Shown here: in pieces, positions 1 to 8,498 of the stretch
How the letters are laid out: every line of letters starts with the position of its first letter
Position numbering within the stretch: position 1 is the first letter of the stretch
NCBI GenBank assembly: GCA_018671515.1
Contig: JABHHN010000062.1
Coordinates: 13,746-77,745, forward strand
Direction: 5' to 3'
From: an archaeon
GTDB lineage: Archaea > Nanobdellota > Nanobdellia > Woesearchaeales > GW2011-AR15
DNA length: 64,000 nt
Program-made: the position numbers and the translations under genes
Notes under the pieces: generated by a model
Told to the model about the DNA's origin: nothing
Database searches by the model: none
The model's input: only the letters and a program-made list of their open reading frames with translations

Positions 1-257
1 CATATTTTCTTTTTTCATAAACTCACCTTATACTATTTTTGTATTTAAATATTATAAATCTTTTCAAATATTGAATTAATTTTTACATGTAAAAGTAAAA
101 AAATCAAATATTTGATTTATCACATAAACAATATAGATTAATACGTCTATCATTATTAAAAAATGAATTTTATCACCTCGATCACCACTAAATAATGATA
201 ATTAATCAAAATATTTATAAATATCTTATTTATAACTACTTATAAATAGTTAAAAAT

Positions 258-1142
258 ATGAAAATGAATTTTCAAAAATTAGAGAATGGGGAAATTTTAA
301 CAGATGTTGACCACATCTTAGACATTATTAAAAAAAAAGGTAAAATTTCCGTACAAGAACTTGGAAGAAAACTTAATAGATCTACTGATTGCATAGAAAT
401 ATTGGTCGAAGTTTTAGAAGAAAATAACCTTATTGAAAAACATTTTACTTTAAATAAAATATTTTATACAATAAAAGATGAAAAGAAAAAAAATACTGTT
501 TCAAATAAAAGTGTTAAAGATGTAGTAAAATATACAAAACTTAAAATAAATTCTATAAAAAATAATCAAAATACTATTATCAAATTAAAAGAAGTTGAAA
601 AAAGATTTAAAACCTTTGAAAAAAAAATAGATAAGAAAATAATAGAACTAAAAAAATATGATAAAAAAATATCTTCTTCATTAAAAAAACATCAAAAATT
701 GTCTAAATATGCTATTGATTTTGAAAAAAGAAATAAAAAAATATCAAGGGAACTTAAAATTATCAATAATATAAATGATAAACAAAAAATAGAATTCAAA
801 AAAAGGATAAATACTATAATCCATATTTTAAAACATAAATCTGTGAATAAAAAAGAAATATCTCAAAATAACCATGATTTGATTATGATTATGAATGAAA
901 AAGAAAATATAAAAAATATTTCAAAATCTATAAGAGACGCAATAAAAAAAATGGATCTAAGATCTAAAAGACTTTTAAAAAATATTGAAAAAGTATCTGG
1001 AAAAAGAAATTTTGAATCAGAATATATGAAAATTGATAATGAAATGGATTCATTAAATCTAATATTTAAAAATAGTATAATGGACGTATCATCATTTGGA
1101 GAAGAATCTTATAAAAATGAAACCAAGCCAATTAGATTATGA
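258..1142 (+). CDS. Hypothetical Lys-rich coiled-coil protein with an N-terminal winged-helix-like segment
   Basis: 294-aa ORF. The N-terminal ~60 aa (ILDIIKKKGKISVQELGRKLNRSTDCIEILVEVLEENNLIEK) resembles a wHTH of the TrmB/MarR type. The rest is a K/E/N-rich low-complexity coiled coil. No catalytic motif. Confidence 0.4.
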   Translation: MKMNFQKLENGEILTDVDHILDIIKKKGKISVQELGRKLNRSTDCIEILVEVLEENNLIEKHFTLNKIFYTIKDEKKKNTVSNKSVKDVVKYTKLKINSIKNNQNTIIKLKEVEKRFKTFEKKIDKKIIELKKYDKKISSSLKKHQKLSKYAIDFEKRNKKISRELKIINNINDKQKIEFKKRINTIIHILKHKSVNKKEISQNNHDLIMIMNEKENIKNISKSIRDAIKKMDLRSKRLLKNIEKVSGKRNFESEYMKIDNEMDSLNLIFKNSIMDVSSFGEESYKNETKPIRL

Positions 1143-1587
1143 TTTATATAAACAAATTAAAAAAAAAGACTTAAAAAAAATCAGTCTTAAGTATTTAACA
1201 CTTCTTTTCATTATATCTTTTTCACTTACCTCTTTATTATTTATTTCAAAAAACCAACCAAGCATAACAGGAAAGGTAATAAGTGATAGTAATATAATAA
1301 AAAAATGTAGCACTTTAAATTCAATTTTCAGTAATGATTTAGTTTGTGGAATTACAGATAATAACTACCTTCAAATAAAAAATACAAAAATGAATGGAGC
1401 TAAATTAAAAATAAATAAAATTACATTAGATTCATGCATAGTTGAAACAGATGTAATTCTTTCTCCATATAGAATTAAAAATATAAATATTGAGAATTGT
1501 AAAACTGATTTACAAACAAATATTCAAATCGATTATACGAATTTAGACACAGGAATGAATCATTTAATTTCTGGAATAATAATCTAA
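1096..1587 (+). CDS. Hypothetical membrane-anchored exported protein
   Basis: 163 aa. Hydrophobic anchor LTLLFIISFSLTSLLFI follows a basic N-terminus. Overlaps the previous ORF in another frame, so the true start is probably internal (MKPSQ, ~1117). Confidence 0.35.
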   Translation: MEKNLIKMKPSQLDYDLYKQIKKKDLKKISLKYLTLLFIISFSLTSLLFISKNQPSITGKVISDSNIIKKCSTLNSIFSNDLVCGITDNNYLQIKNTKMNGAKLKINKITLDSCIVETDVILSPYRIKNINIENCKTDLQTNIQIDYTNLDTGMNHLISGIII

Positions 1588-1618
1588 TTTTTATAGAAAT
1601 TAATTTTTTCTTTTTATT

Positions 1619-2284
1619 ATGGAATTAAGTGAAATAGAAAAAGACATTCATCCAAATTTATATTCTAAACTAATAAAAGACATAAAAACATTAAGACCAT
1701 CACAGGAAAAATCCATTAATTCAGGACTAATTGACAATAATAATTTACTTGTATGTACACCTACTGCTTCTGGAAAAACTCTTGTTGCTGAAATTGCAAT
1801 GCTTAGTCACATATATAATAATAAAGGAAAAGCAATTTATATTGTTCCTCTAAAAGCACTTGCAAGTGAAAAATATGAAGAATTCAAAATTAAATATCAT
1901 GATATAAAAGTAGGCATTTCAATTGGAGATATTGATTCAAGTGATAGATATTTAGAAAAATGTGATTTAATAGTAACTGTTGCAGAAAAACTTGACTCAC
2001 TTATAAGACACAAAGCAATATGGCTTACCAATATATCTTGTATTGTAATCGATGAAATTCATCTTCTAAATGACACATCAAGAGGACCTACACTTGAAAT
2101 ATTAATTACTATCTTAAGAAAAATTGTCAAAAATGCACAAATAATTGGACTCTCAGCAACTATTGGAAACCCTGATGTTCTTGCAGGATGGCTAAAAGCT
2201 AAATTAGTAATCGATGATTGGAGACCAGTAAAACTTCGTAAAGGAATATTTCATGATGGAGAAATTGAATTTTATGATGATTAA
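1619..2284 (+). CDS. Ski2/Hel308-like superfamily-2 helicase, N-terminal RecA domain only (truncated or split gene)
   Basis: Motif I TASGKT, Ia/Ib, motif II DEIH and motif III SAT are present in 221 aa. No helicase C-terminal domain (motifs IV-VI). The ORF stops where the convergent antiporter gene ends. Confidence 0.6.
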   Translation: MELSEIEKDIHPNLYSKLIKDIKTLRPSQEKSINSGLIDNNNLLVCTPTASGKTLVAEIAMLSHIYNNKGKAIYIVPLKALASEKYEEFKIKYHDIKVGISIGDIDSSDRYLEKCDLIVTVAEKLDSLIRHKAIWLTNISCIVIDEIHLLNDTSRGPTLEILITILRKIVKNAQIIGLSATIGNPDVLAGWLKAKLVIDDWRPVKLRKGIFHDGEIEFYDD

Positions 2285-3519
2285 TGCATACGTTTTCGTC
2301 TTTTTTCTATAACTTTAATACCTAAACCTTTAAAATATCCTTTTTCAATTATAAATATTAAAATAGTACTTATCAAAATACTAAAAAAGATTATTGATAA
2401 AACTATAGTTGAATATTTTTCACCATATGGAAGACCCGCTTGAGCAGGTATTTGAGCAAGAACTGCAGCAGCAAGACCTTTTGGTGCAAGTGCCTCCATA
2501 AATGCCCTATCTTTATCTAAAATATGTGTTTTAACAGTTATTAATACAACAAAAGGCCTTATAATAAATATTATTAATGTCAATAAAAATCCAAGAAGAA
2601 TACCCCCCAAATCATTAAAATTCATCAATAATCCTAAATACACAAAAAAGAATGATTTTACAAAAAATGAAATTTCTGAATAAAAAAATTTTTGTGAATG
2701 TGACATAGAAGCAGTATTGTCTTTTTCTACCATATACATAATCTTCTTTGAATTTCCTAATATAAGACCAAATGCAAGACATGCTATAGCTCCATTTTGA
2801 TCCATGTATTCAACAAAACCATACATCAAAAGTAAAAATGCAATTGTTGTCATATATGATTTTGTGAATTTTTCCATCCTCTTCTGAATTTTTATCCACA
2901 TAAATCCACTAAAAAGTCCCAACAATATTGATACTGCAAATTTTATAATTACTTCATTAAAAATTGAATTTATACTAAGTCCACCTGAATCACTTCCAAT
3001 CAAAGTAATAAGTGTAACTGCACCAACAATACATAACACATCACTTATTGCAGATTCAATCGTAAGTATAAGTGAAGAATTTTTGTTCATAGTAATTTTT
3101 TTAGTTATCGGAATTACTACTGCACTTGAACTTCCTCCAACAATTGCACCTAAAAGCAATCCTGAACTAAATTTCCATCTAAAGAAAATAAACATCAATA
3201 TTCCAATAATTACAGTTGTGAAAATGAAATTGACAACAGTCAAATTTACTCCTTTGAAAAATTGTGTAATAAGCTGTTTTATATTTATTGACAAAGCACC
3301 TTCAAATAATATATATATCAATGCAAAAGATGTAAATATTTTTGATACTGCACCAAATGAAGGATTGTTTGCAAGCTGTGGAAAAAATATATTTAATACA
3401 ACTCCAAAAATCATCAACCAAATAATATCAGGAATATTTGTTTTTTCAAATATTATTTCTCCAAAAAAGCCTAAGAAAATGATAATTCCCGCCAATGCAA
3501 ATAATGAAAATACTTCCAA
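2281..3519 (-). CDS. Na+/H+ (cation:proton) antiporter, CPA1/NhaP-like
   Basis: 412 aa with ~11-12 TM segments. The architecture and Gly/Ser-rich helices are typical of the Na_H_Exchanger family. A short C-terminal basic tail follows. Confidence 0.55.
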   Translation of the reverse strand: MEVFSLFALAGIIIFLGFFGEIIFEKTNIPDIIWLMIFGVVLNIFFPQLANNPSFGAVSKIFTSFALIYILFEGALSINIKQLITQFFKGVNLTVVNFIFTTVIIGILMFIFFRWKFSSGLLLGAIVGGSSSAVVIPITKKITMNKNSSLILTIESAISDVLCIVGAVTLITLIGSDSGGLSINSIFNEVIIKFAVSILLGLFSGFMWIKIQKRMEKFTKSYMTTIAFLLLMYGFVEYMDQNGAIACLAFGLILGNSKKIMYMVEKDNTASMSHSQKFFYSEISFFVKSFFFVYLGLLMNFNDLGGILLGFLLTLIIFIIRPFVVLITVKTHILDKDRAFMEALAPKGLAAAVLAQIPAQAGLPYGEKYSTIVLSIIFFSILISTILIFIIEKGYFKGLGIKVIEKRRKRMH

Positions 3520-3599
3520 GTTTAAAGCCCCATATTATAGTATGTAAACAATTGTTGTTTTCCTTTATAAATTTTTAGGAAGAAAAAAATTAATTATTG

Positions 3600-3748
3600 T
3601 AAAGTCGAGACTAATACCACATACTTAAACTTGTGAATACATACTTGACCAACTCGACTTTGCGAGTTGAAAATTCACAAAAAAGATTTTTACGTAATAC
3701 CTCTCACTTTAGTATGAGAATAACGACAAAATCGTGGATTTTCATTAT
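3600..3748 (+). repeat. Intergenic hairpin-rich repeat element, copy A (family 1)
   Basis: About 80% identical over ~100 bp to the reverse complement of 51764..51870. Contains inverted repeats aaagtcgag/ctcgacttt and caactcg-actttg-cgagttg. Carries a 49-bp insertion flanked by acaaaa relative to copy B. Confidence 0.5.
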
Positions 3749-3781
3749 TTTTTTATATTAGATTTAATTCATGACAATACT

Positions 3782-4681
3782 ATGAATTTCATTCAAAAAC
3801 AATTATTTAAGGCATCATCAAAACTTTCATCTAAAAACACCATAGTAAGTGTAGAATTAGAAGATGGAAAAATTAGTGATGATGAAAATGATTTAGTTGG
3901 TTATTTTAATGAAATTGAAGGTTTGGAACGAAAAATTCTAGCAGTTAAACATGCTGATTTTTCAGGTTTAAATGACTTTTTTTCAGGAGCTTATGCAATA
4001 TCTAATTATATGTCTGATTCAAATTTTTCTATTTTGGCAACTAAAGAATTAGATTTACCAATAATTGGTAGCCTTTTAAAATATCTTGGATTTGTATTTG
4101 TAAATAGATCTGGTAAAAAAGAAGAGAAGAAAGAAAGTTTAGATCAACTGATTAAAGATATAGATAAAAATTATGTAGTAATTGCACCAAATGGTTCAAG
4201 ATATCCACAAACTCAAAAAATAGGTTTAAGTTTAGCAGAAAAAGCATTACTTATGCAATCATATGTTATTCCTATTGGTATAAAACATTTACCAGAGGAG
4301 GAAAAATATAGTATGCTAGGAAGATTTGATGAAACATTTATTACATTTAAAAAACCTGATGAAACATATATCACATTTGGACAACCGATTAAACCACCAA
4401 ATCCAAAAGATTATATTTGGTATGATGATTATGGTGCTATTGCAGATATTAAAACCTTAAGCAATGATGAAATTATTGAAAATTATCACTTACCTGATTC
4501 TGATACAAACTTACCTGATTCTGATGCAAATTATGAGAAAAACAAGGAAAAAATGTATGAATATGTACAAGATGTTTTAATAAAATCATGTGAATTAAAT
4601 GGAGAAGCAATACCAAAATCAATTTCACGAACCTATGAAGAAGCAGGAAAATTAATAGAACTGAAAAAAACATTAAAATAA
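3782..4681 (+). CDS. Hypothetical protein with lysophospholipid/glycerol-phosphate acyltransferase (PlsC-like) motif pattern
   Basis: The ORF track starts at a GTG (3734) inside the repeat. An ATG at 3782 is more plausible. Motif II-like GFVFVNR, motif III-like IAPNGSR and motif IV-like VIPIGI are present. Motif I (HxxxxD) is not canonical. There is a 21-bp tandem duplication (LPDSDTN/LPDSDAN) near the C-terminus. Confidence 0.35.
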   Translation: MNFIQKQLFKASSKLSSKNTIVSVELEDGKISDDENDLVGYFNEIEGLERKILAVKHADFSGLNDFFSGAYAISNYMSDSNFSILATKELDLPIIGSLLKYLGFVFVNRSGKKEEKKESLDQLIKDIDKNYVVIAPNGSRYPQTQKIGLSLAEKALLMQSYVIPIGIKHLPEEEKYSMLGRFDETFITFKKPDETYITFGQPIKPPNPKDYIWYDDYGAIADIKTLSNDEIIENYHLPDSDTNLPDSDANYEKNKEKMYEYVQDVLIKSCELNGEAIPKSISRTYEEAGKLIELKKTLK

Positions 4682-4696
4682 ATTAAAAAATTAGAA

Positions 4697-6061
4697 TTAA
4701 AACTTAGGCATACCCTTCATGCCACCTGCGCCACCCATCTTTTTCATCATACGTTCCATATTCTTCATGGAACCACCTTTAAACATTTTCATCATTTTCT
4801 TAGACTGTTTATATTGCTTAAGTAAATCTCTTACTTCTTTGATTTCTCTTCCACTTCCTTTATGAATCCTATCAACTCTGTTTCCTGATATGATTGTTGG
4901 GTCTTCAAGTTCTTCTTTAGTCATACTATCCATTACAAATTTCCATGCATCTATTTTTTCCTGCTGGACATCAATTGCTTCTTTTGGCATTTTTATCTGA
5001 CCCATTCCAGGTATTAATTCCATTACTTTTGAGAGCGGTCCCATTTTCTTCATTGCCTGCATCTGATCATATAAATCTATTAAATTAAATTCTCCTTTTA
5101 GAAATCTTTTCCCCATATCTTCTGCATCTTCGTTTGAGATTGCACCTCTTGCCTTTTCAAGTAAGACTTCTAAATCACCCATTCCTAGAATACGAGAGAC
5201 AAAACCTTCTGGATTGAATTCTTCTAAATCATCTATTTTTTCTCCTACTCCTATAAATTTTACTGGTGCATCTGTTACTGAACAAGCAATTAATGCTCCT
5301 CCACCTTTAGCAGTACCATCAAGTTTTGTTATTATGACTCCAGTGACATCACATGACTCATGGAATCCTTGTGCTTGTTTTTCTGCAGCCTGACCAATAT
5401 CACCGCTAAGTGTAAGAAGTGTCTCATCAGGGTTTATTAAAGCATTTATTTTTTTAATTTCAACAACTAATTCATCTGATAATGCATCACGTCCAGCAGT
5501 GTCCACGATTATAAAATCATATTTTTCTAATTCTTCTGCATATTTTTTATATATCTCTTGTGGATCTTTTGATTTTTCATCCCCAAAAACAGGGATATTT
5601 ATTTTATCTCCTAATTGTTTTAATTGTTTAAACGCTGCAGGTCTCCAAGTATCAAGCTGAATCATTGCAACTCTTATTGCTCTTTTCGAAAAATATTTTG
5701 CTAATTTTCCACATGTAGTTGTTTTTCCTGAACCATATAATCCAACAAGCATCAATTTGAACGGTTTTTTATCTATAGAAATCTTTGCTCCTTGCCCACC
5801 TAGGAAATTTACTAATTCTTCATATACAACATTTAAGAGATGCTCTTTTTTTGTAAGTCCTGCAGGTAAATCTTCTTTTAATGTTCTTTCTTTTATTTTA
5901 TTTGTTAGTTCAAATACTAATTTTACATTTACATCTGATGTCAATAATGCTCTTTGTATGTCTTTTATAAGCTCATTTATGAGTTTTTCATCTACAAAGA
6001 TGCTGCTAGTTATCTTATTTAGAGTGTTTTTTAGTGAATCTCCTAGTTTATCAAGTACCAT
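4697..6061 (-). CDS. srp54: Signal recognition particle protein SRP54
   Basis: N domain plus G domain with P-loop GLYGSGKTTTCGKLA and DTAGR. A Met-rich M domain is at the C-terminus (MMKMFKGGSMKNMERMMKKMGG). Confidence 0.9.
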   Translation of the reverse strand: MVLDKLGDSLKNTLNKITSSIFVDEKLINELIKDIQRALLTSDVNVKLVFELTNKIKERTLKEDLPAGLTKKEHLLNVVYEELVNFLGGQGAKISIDKKPFKLMLVGLYGSGKTTTCGKLAKYFSKRAIRVAMIQLDTWRPAAFKQLKQLGDKINIPVFGDEKSKDPQEIYKKYAEELEKYDFIIVDTAGRDALSDELVVEIKKINALINPDETLLTLSGDIGQAAEKQAQGFHESCDVTGVIITKLDGTAKGGGALIACSVTDAPVKFIGVGEKIDDLEEFNPEGFVSRILGMGDLEVLLEKARGAISNEDAEDMGKRFLKGEFNLIDLYDQMQAMKKMGPLSKVMELIPGMGQIKMPKEAIDVQQEKIDAWKFVMDSMTKEELEDPTIISGNRVDRIHKGSGREIKEVRDLLKQYKQSKKMMKMFKGGSMKNMERMMKKMGGAGGMKGMPKF

Positions 6062-6133
6062 TCTAAAAAAGAAGATGATATTATTTTAAAAATCTAGTGG
6101 AAAATCTGAAAAATATGATTAATTATTAATTAA

Positions 6134-7315
6134 TTATGTTTTATAAACAGAAGCTGCGTTTGCAGGTATACAATAATGAGGTGGATCCCATTCTGGCCAT
6201 GGATGAACTATTCCTAATTCCTCTGTGATTTTTATTACTTCAAGAGGCAAATCAATCCAATGAAAAGAATCTAATGATTTAGTAGGATCATTCAAATAAA
6301 GATCTACTGCATATCCTGTTTGATGTTGACTATATCCTGCTTTAGCTGTTGGATAACCTTTTTTTTTATTTTCTATATATAAGTTCCCTTGATCCGAATA
6401 TGATCTATAACCTTGTAAAGCATGTACTGTATAACCTTTCTCTTTTGCTTTTTTAACTAACTCATTTAGAATATGTTCAATATCTGGATGAATTTCTATT
6501 TTATTACTAATACCTTCATTTTCAAATATAGTTTTAGCATTAAGTACTTGATCTTCTCTCCAAGGTGTGTTTATTGGTCCACATCCATAATCCTCAAAAG
6601 TTGAACTTCCTGATGAAATTAGTTGATTTTCATTATTCTCTGCTGCTTCACATTGCTCTGTTGTAAAAACTTCTCCATTGGAATCATCACAATCCTCATT
6701 ATTCAAAGAAAATTTCTGTTGTGCAAAATCTAGCTGTGTTGGTTTATCATCTCCACTACAACACAAATAAATTTCTCCATCTATACCATGACCATCTCCA
6801 TCTGTATCTATATAATATGGACCTTGTGGATTATATCCCGAAAATCCTAAATTCTCACAAAAATCCACTACTTCTGTTTCTGTTTTTGTTGTTGCACTAG
6901 TTATCCAACATTTACCTTCTCCTGTGCTTCCAGTTGGTATTGGTTCAGGTTCTAAAGTTGGTTGTTGTTCTGTTGGTTCTATAGCTACTGGTTCATTAGT
7001 ATTCTCTTTACCTGTAACCCATTGCGTAATTCCACCTACAGTTACTCCTACTGCTGCACATGCTGCAATTACAGGTACCCAAGATATTGCTCCACCAGGA
7101 ACAAATGTAAGTATTCCTGCAATTACTCCTCCTACAACACATCCACCCACTCCTACTCCTATTGTCAAACCACCTATAGCTGAACCAGTAATATCAGCCA
7201 TAGTATTACCTGTAACTTCATTTCTTAGTTTACTATCTTCTGCATATGCAAATATACTATTTAGAATAATCAAGATTCCAAAAATTACAAATATTTTTTG
7301 TTTTGCTTTTTTCAT
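6134..7315 (-). CDS. Membrane-anchored exported protein with C-terminal peptidase M15 (VanY/D-Ala-D-Ala carboxypeptidase-like) domain
   Basis: Signal/anchor MKKAKQKIFVIFGILIILNSIFAYA. A Gly-rich multi-helix hydrophobic segment follows. Conserved Cys module FCENLGFSGYNPQGPYYIDTDGDGHGIDGEIYLCCSGDD. The C-terminus carries zinc-peptidase motifs SQHQTGYAVD ... VHPWPEWDPPHY (H-x6-D ... E-x-W-H pattern of M15). Confidence 0.6.
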   Translation of the reverse strand: MKKAKQKIFVIFGILIILNSIFAYAEDSKLRNEVTGNTMADITGSAIGGLTIGVGVGGCVVGGVIAGILTFVPGGAISWVPVIAACAAVGVTVGGITQWVTGKENTNEPVAIEPTEQQPTLEPEPIPTGSTGEGKCWITSATTKTETEVVDFCENLGFSGYNPQGPYYIDTDGDGHGIDGEIYLCCSGDDKPTQLDFAQQKFSLNNEDCDDSNGEVFTTEQCEAAENNENQLISSGSSTFEDYGCGPINTPWREDQVLNAKTIFENEGISNKIEIHPDIEHILNELVKKAKEKGYTVHALQGYRSYSDQGNLYIENKKKGYPTAKAGYSQHQTGYAVDLYLNDPTKSLDSFHWIDLPLEVIKITEELGIVHPWPEWDPPHYCIPANAASVYKT

Positions 7316-7467
7316 ATTTATTTTTTAATTTTTCATTACTATATAAATAAATTATATTTAGTTTAAAGAGTTTTTTATATATATATATTTTTATTCTAAA
7401 GTGGAAAAACAATATAATTTTAAAAATCTAATAGAAAAAATAAGAAAAGATGTAAGTTTTTATGATT

Positions 7468-8472
7468 CTAAGTATCAGTTTCTACAACTGCTGGCGGTTG
7501 TTGTGGTTCAGGCGTAGGTTCTACAGGAACTGGTTGTTCTGTTGATTTTTCTATTGAAACTACTTTTATCGTTAATCCCTCATTAAAATCCCATTGATTA
7601 CCAATAGTTACCCACTTAAAATTAACACCAACTTGTACCTTACATCCATTGACATCATTAACATCTATCAAAGTAACATCATTCCCATCTATAACTTTTA
7701 ATTCACCAATATTAAAAGATTCCGAATTACCACCAATATCCAATATACATCCTGTGATTTCACCTGCATTTTCTGCTGGTTCTTCTATTTCAGATTCTTC
7801 TTCCACTGGTTCTTCTCTTGCAGGTGAATCGTCTTCATCTTCATCATTAAGAGCAAAATGTTGTTGAGCTGCTTCTAATAAACCTGGTTCTTCCGTAAAT
7901 CCACTTCCACAACAAAAAAATATTTCTCCCCCAGTACCTTTACCATCTTTATCCGAATCTACATAATATGGACCTTTAGGATTATATCCTGGAAAACCTT
8001 CATTTTTACAAAAATCAGGTGTATCTGTTTCTGATATATATATTTCTTTAGCAGGCCAACAGAATTTACTACCAGTACTAGTTCCATCAGGTATTTGTTC
8101 TGGTGCTGCAGTTGGTTGTTCATCAGTACTTCCTGAATCATCTACATCAGTAGAAGTATCTCCTTCTCCACCATTCGATTTACTACTAACCCAACCACCT
8201 ATACCTCCTAGGGCTATCGCTGTAATCCATGTTGCTGGAGCTGCTGCGAGTCCCATTAAAAATACACCTAATCCTGTTGCTGCAACAGGAAGAATTAATG
8301 GCAATCCCACTACAACTAATGCCGTTAAAGCTACCGCAGCAACTACGCCCCCAATAACCCAACCCAAAGGAAACTTTTTTCCCTCACTAGTTTCTTCTGC
8401 ATAAGCCACTATTGAATTTAATATAATCAATATACTAAATATTGCAAATAATTTCAGTTTTGTTTTTTTCAT
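7468..8472 (-). CDS. Membrane-anchored exported protein, paralog of 6134..7315 (lacks the M15 domain)
   Basis: Start taken at the internal MKKTKLKL (8472), since the longer ORF overlaps the upstream giant gene. Same signal peptide, Gly-rich hydrophobic segment and Cys module (FCKNEGFPGYNPKGPYYVDSDKDGKGTGGEIFFCCGSG; AQQHFALNDEDEDDS) as the neighbour. Acidic and Pro-rich C-terminus. Confidence 0.55.
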   Translation of the reverse strand: MKKTKLKLFAIFSILIILNSIVAYAEETSEGKKFPLGWVIGGVVAAVALTALVVVGLPLILPVAATGLGVFLMGLAAAPATWITAIALGGIGGWVSSKSNGGEGDTSTDVDDSGSTDEQPTAAPEQIPDGTSTGSKFCWPAKEIYISETDTPDFCKNEGFPGYNPKGPYYVDSDKDGKGTGGEIFFCCGSGFTEEPGLLEAAQQHFALNDEDEDDSPAREEPVEEESEIEEPAENAGEITGCILDIGGNSESFNIGELKVIDGNDVTLIDVNDVNGCKVQVGVNFKWVTIGNQWDFNEGLTIKVVSIEKSTEQPVPVEPTPEPQQPPAVVETDT

Positions 8473-8498
8473 TCTTATTTTATTTTTTTTAATAATTA

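Noticed and set aside
258-1587. Possible frameshifted single gene (ORFs 258..1142 and 1096..1587 overlap)
   Set aside because: The second ORF has its own N-terminal signal-anchor and a plausible internal start. No evidence requires a frameshift. Kept as two genes.
3083-3547. 154-aa plus-strand ORF inside the antiporter gene
   Set aside because: Antisense to a well-supported membrane transporter. Low-complexity hydrophobic translation typical of a shadow ORF in AT-rich DNA.
5757-6089. 110-aa plus-strand ORF
   Set aside because: Lies antisense within SRP54, so it is a shadow ORF.
6924-7328. 134-aa and 73-aa plus-strand ORFs
   Set aside because: Antisense to the Gly-rich region of the M15-domain protein. 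Pro/Thr-rich translation is a frame artefact.
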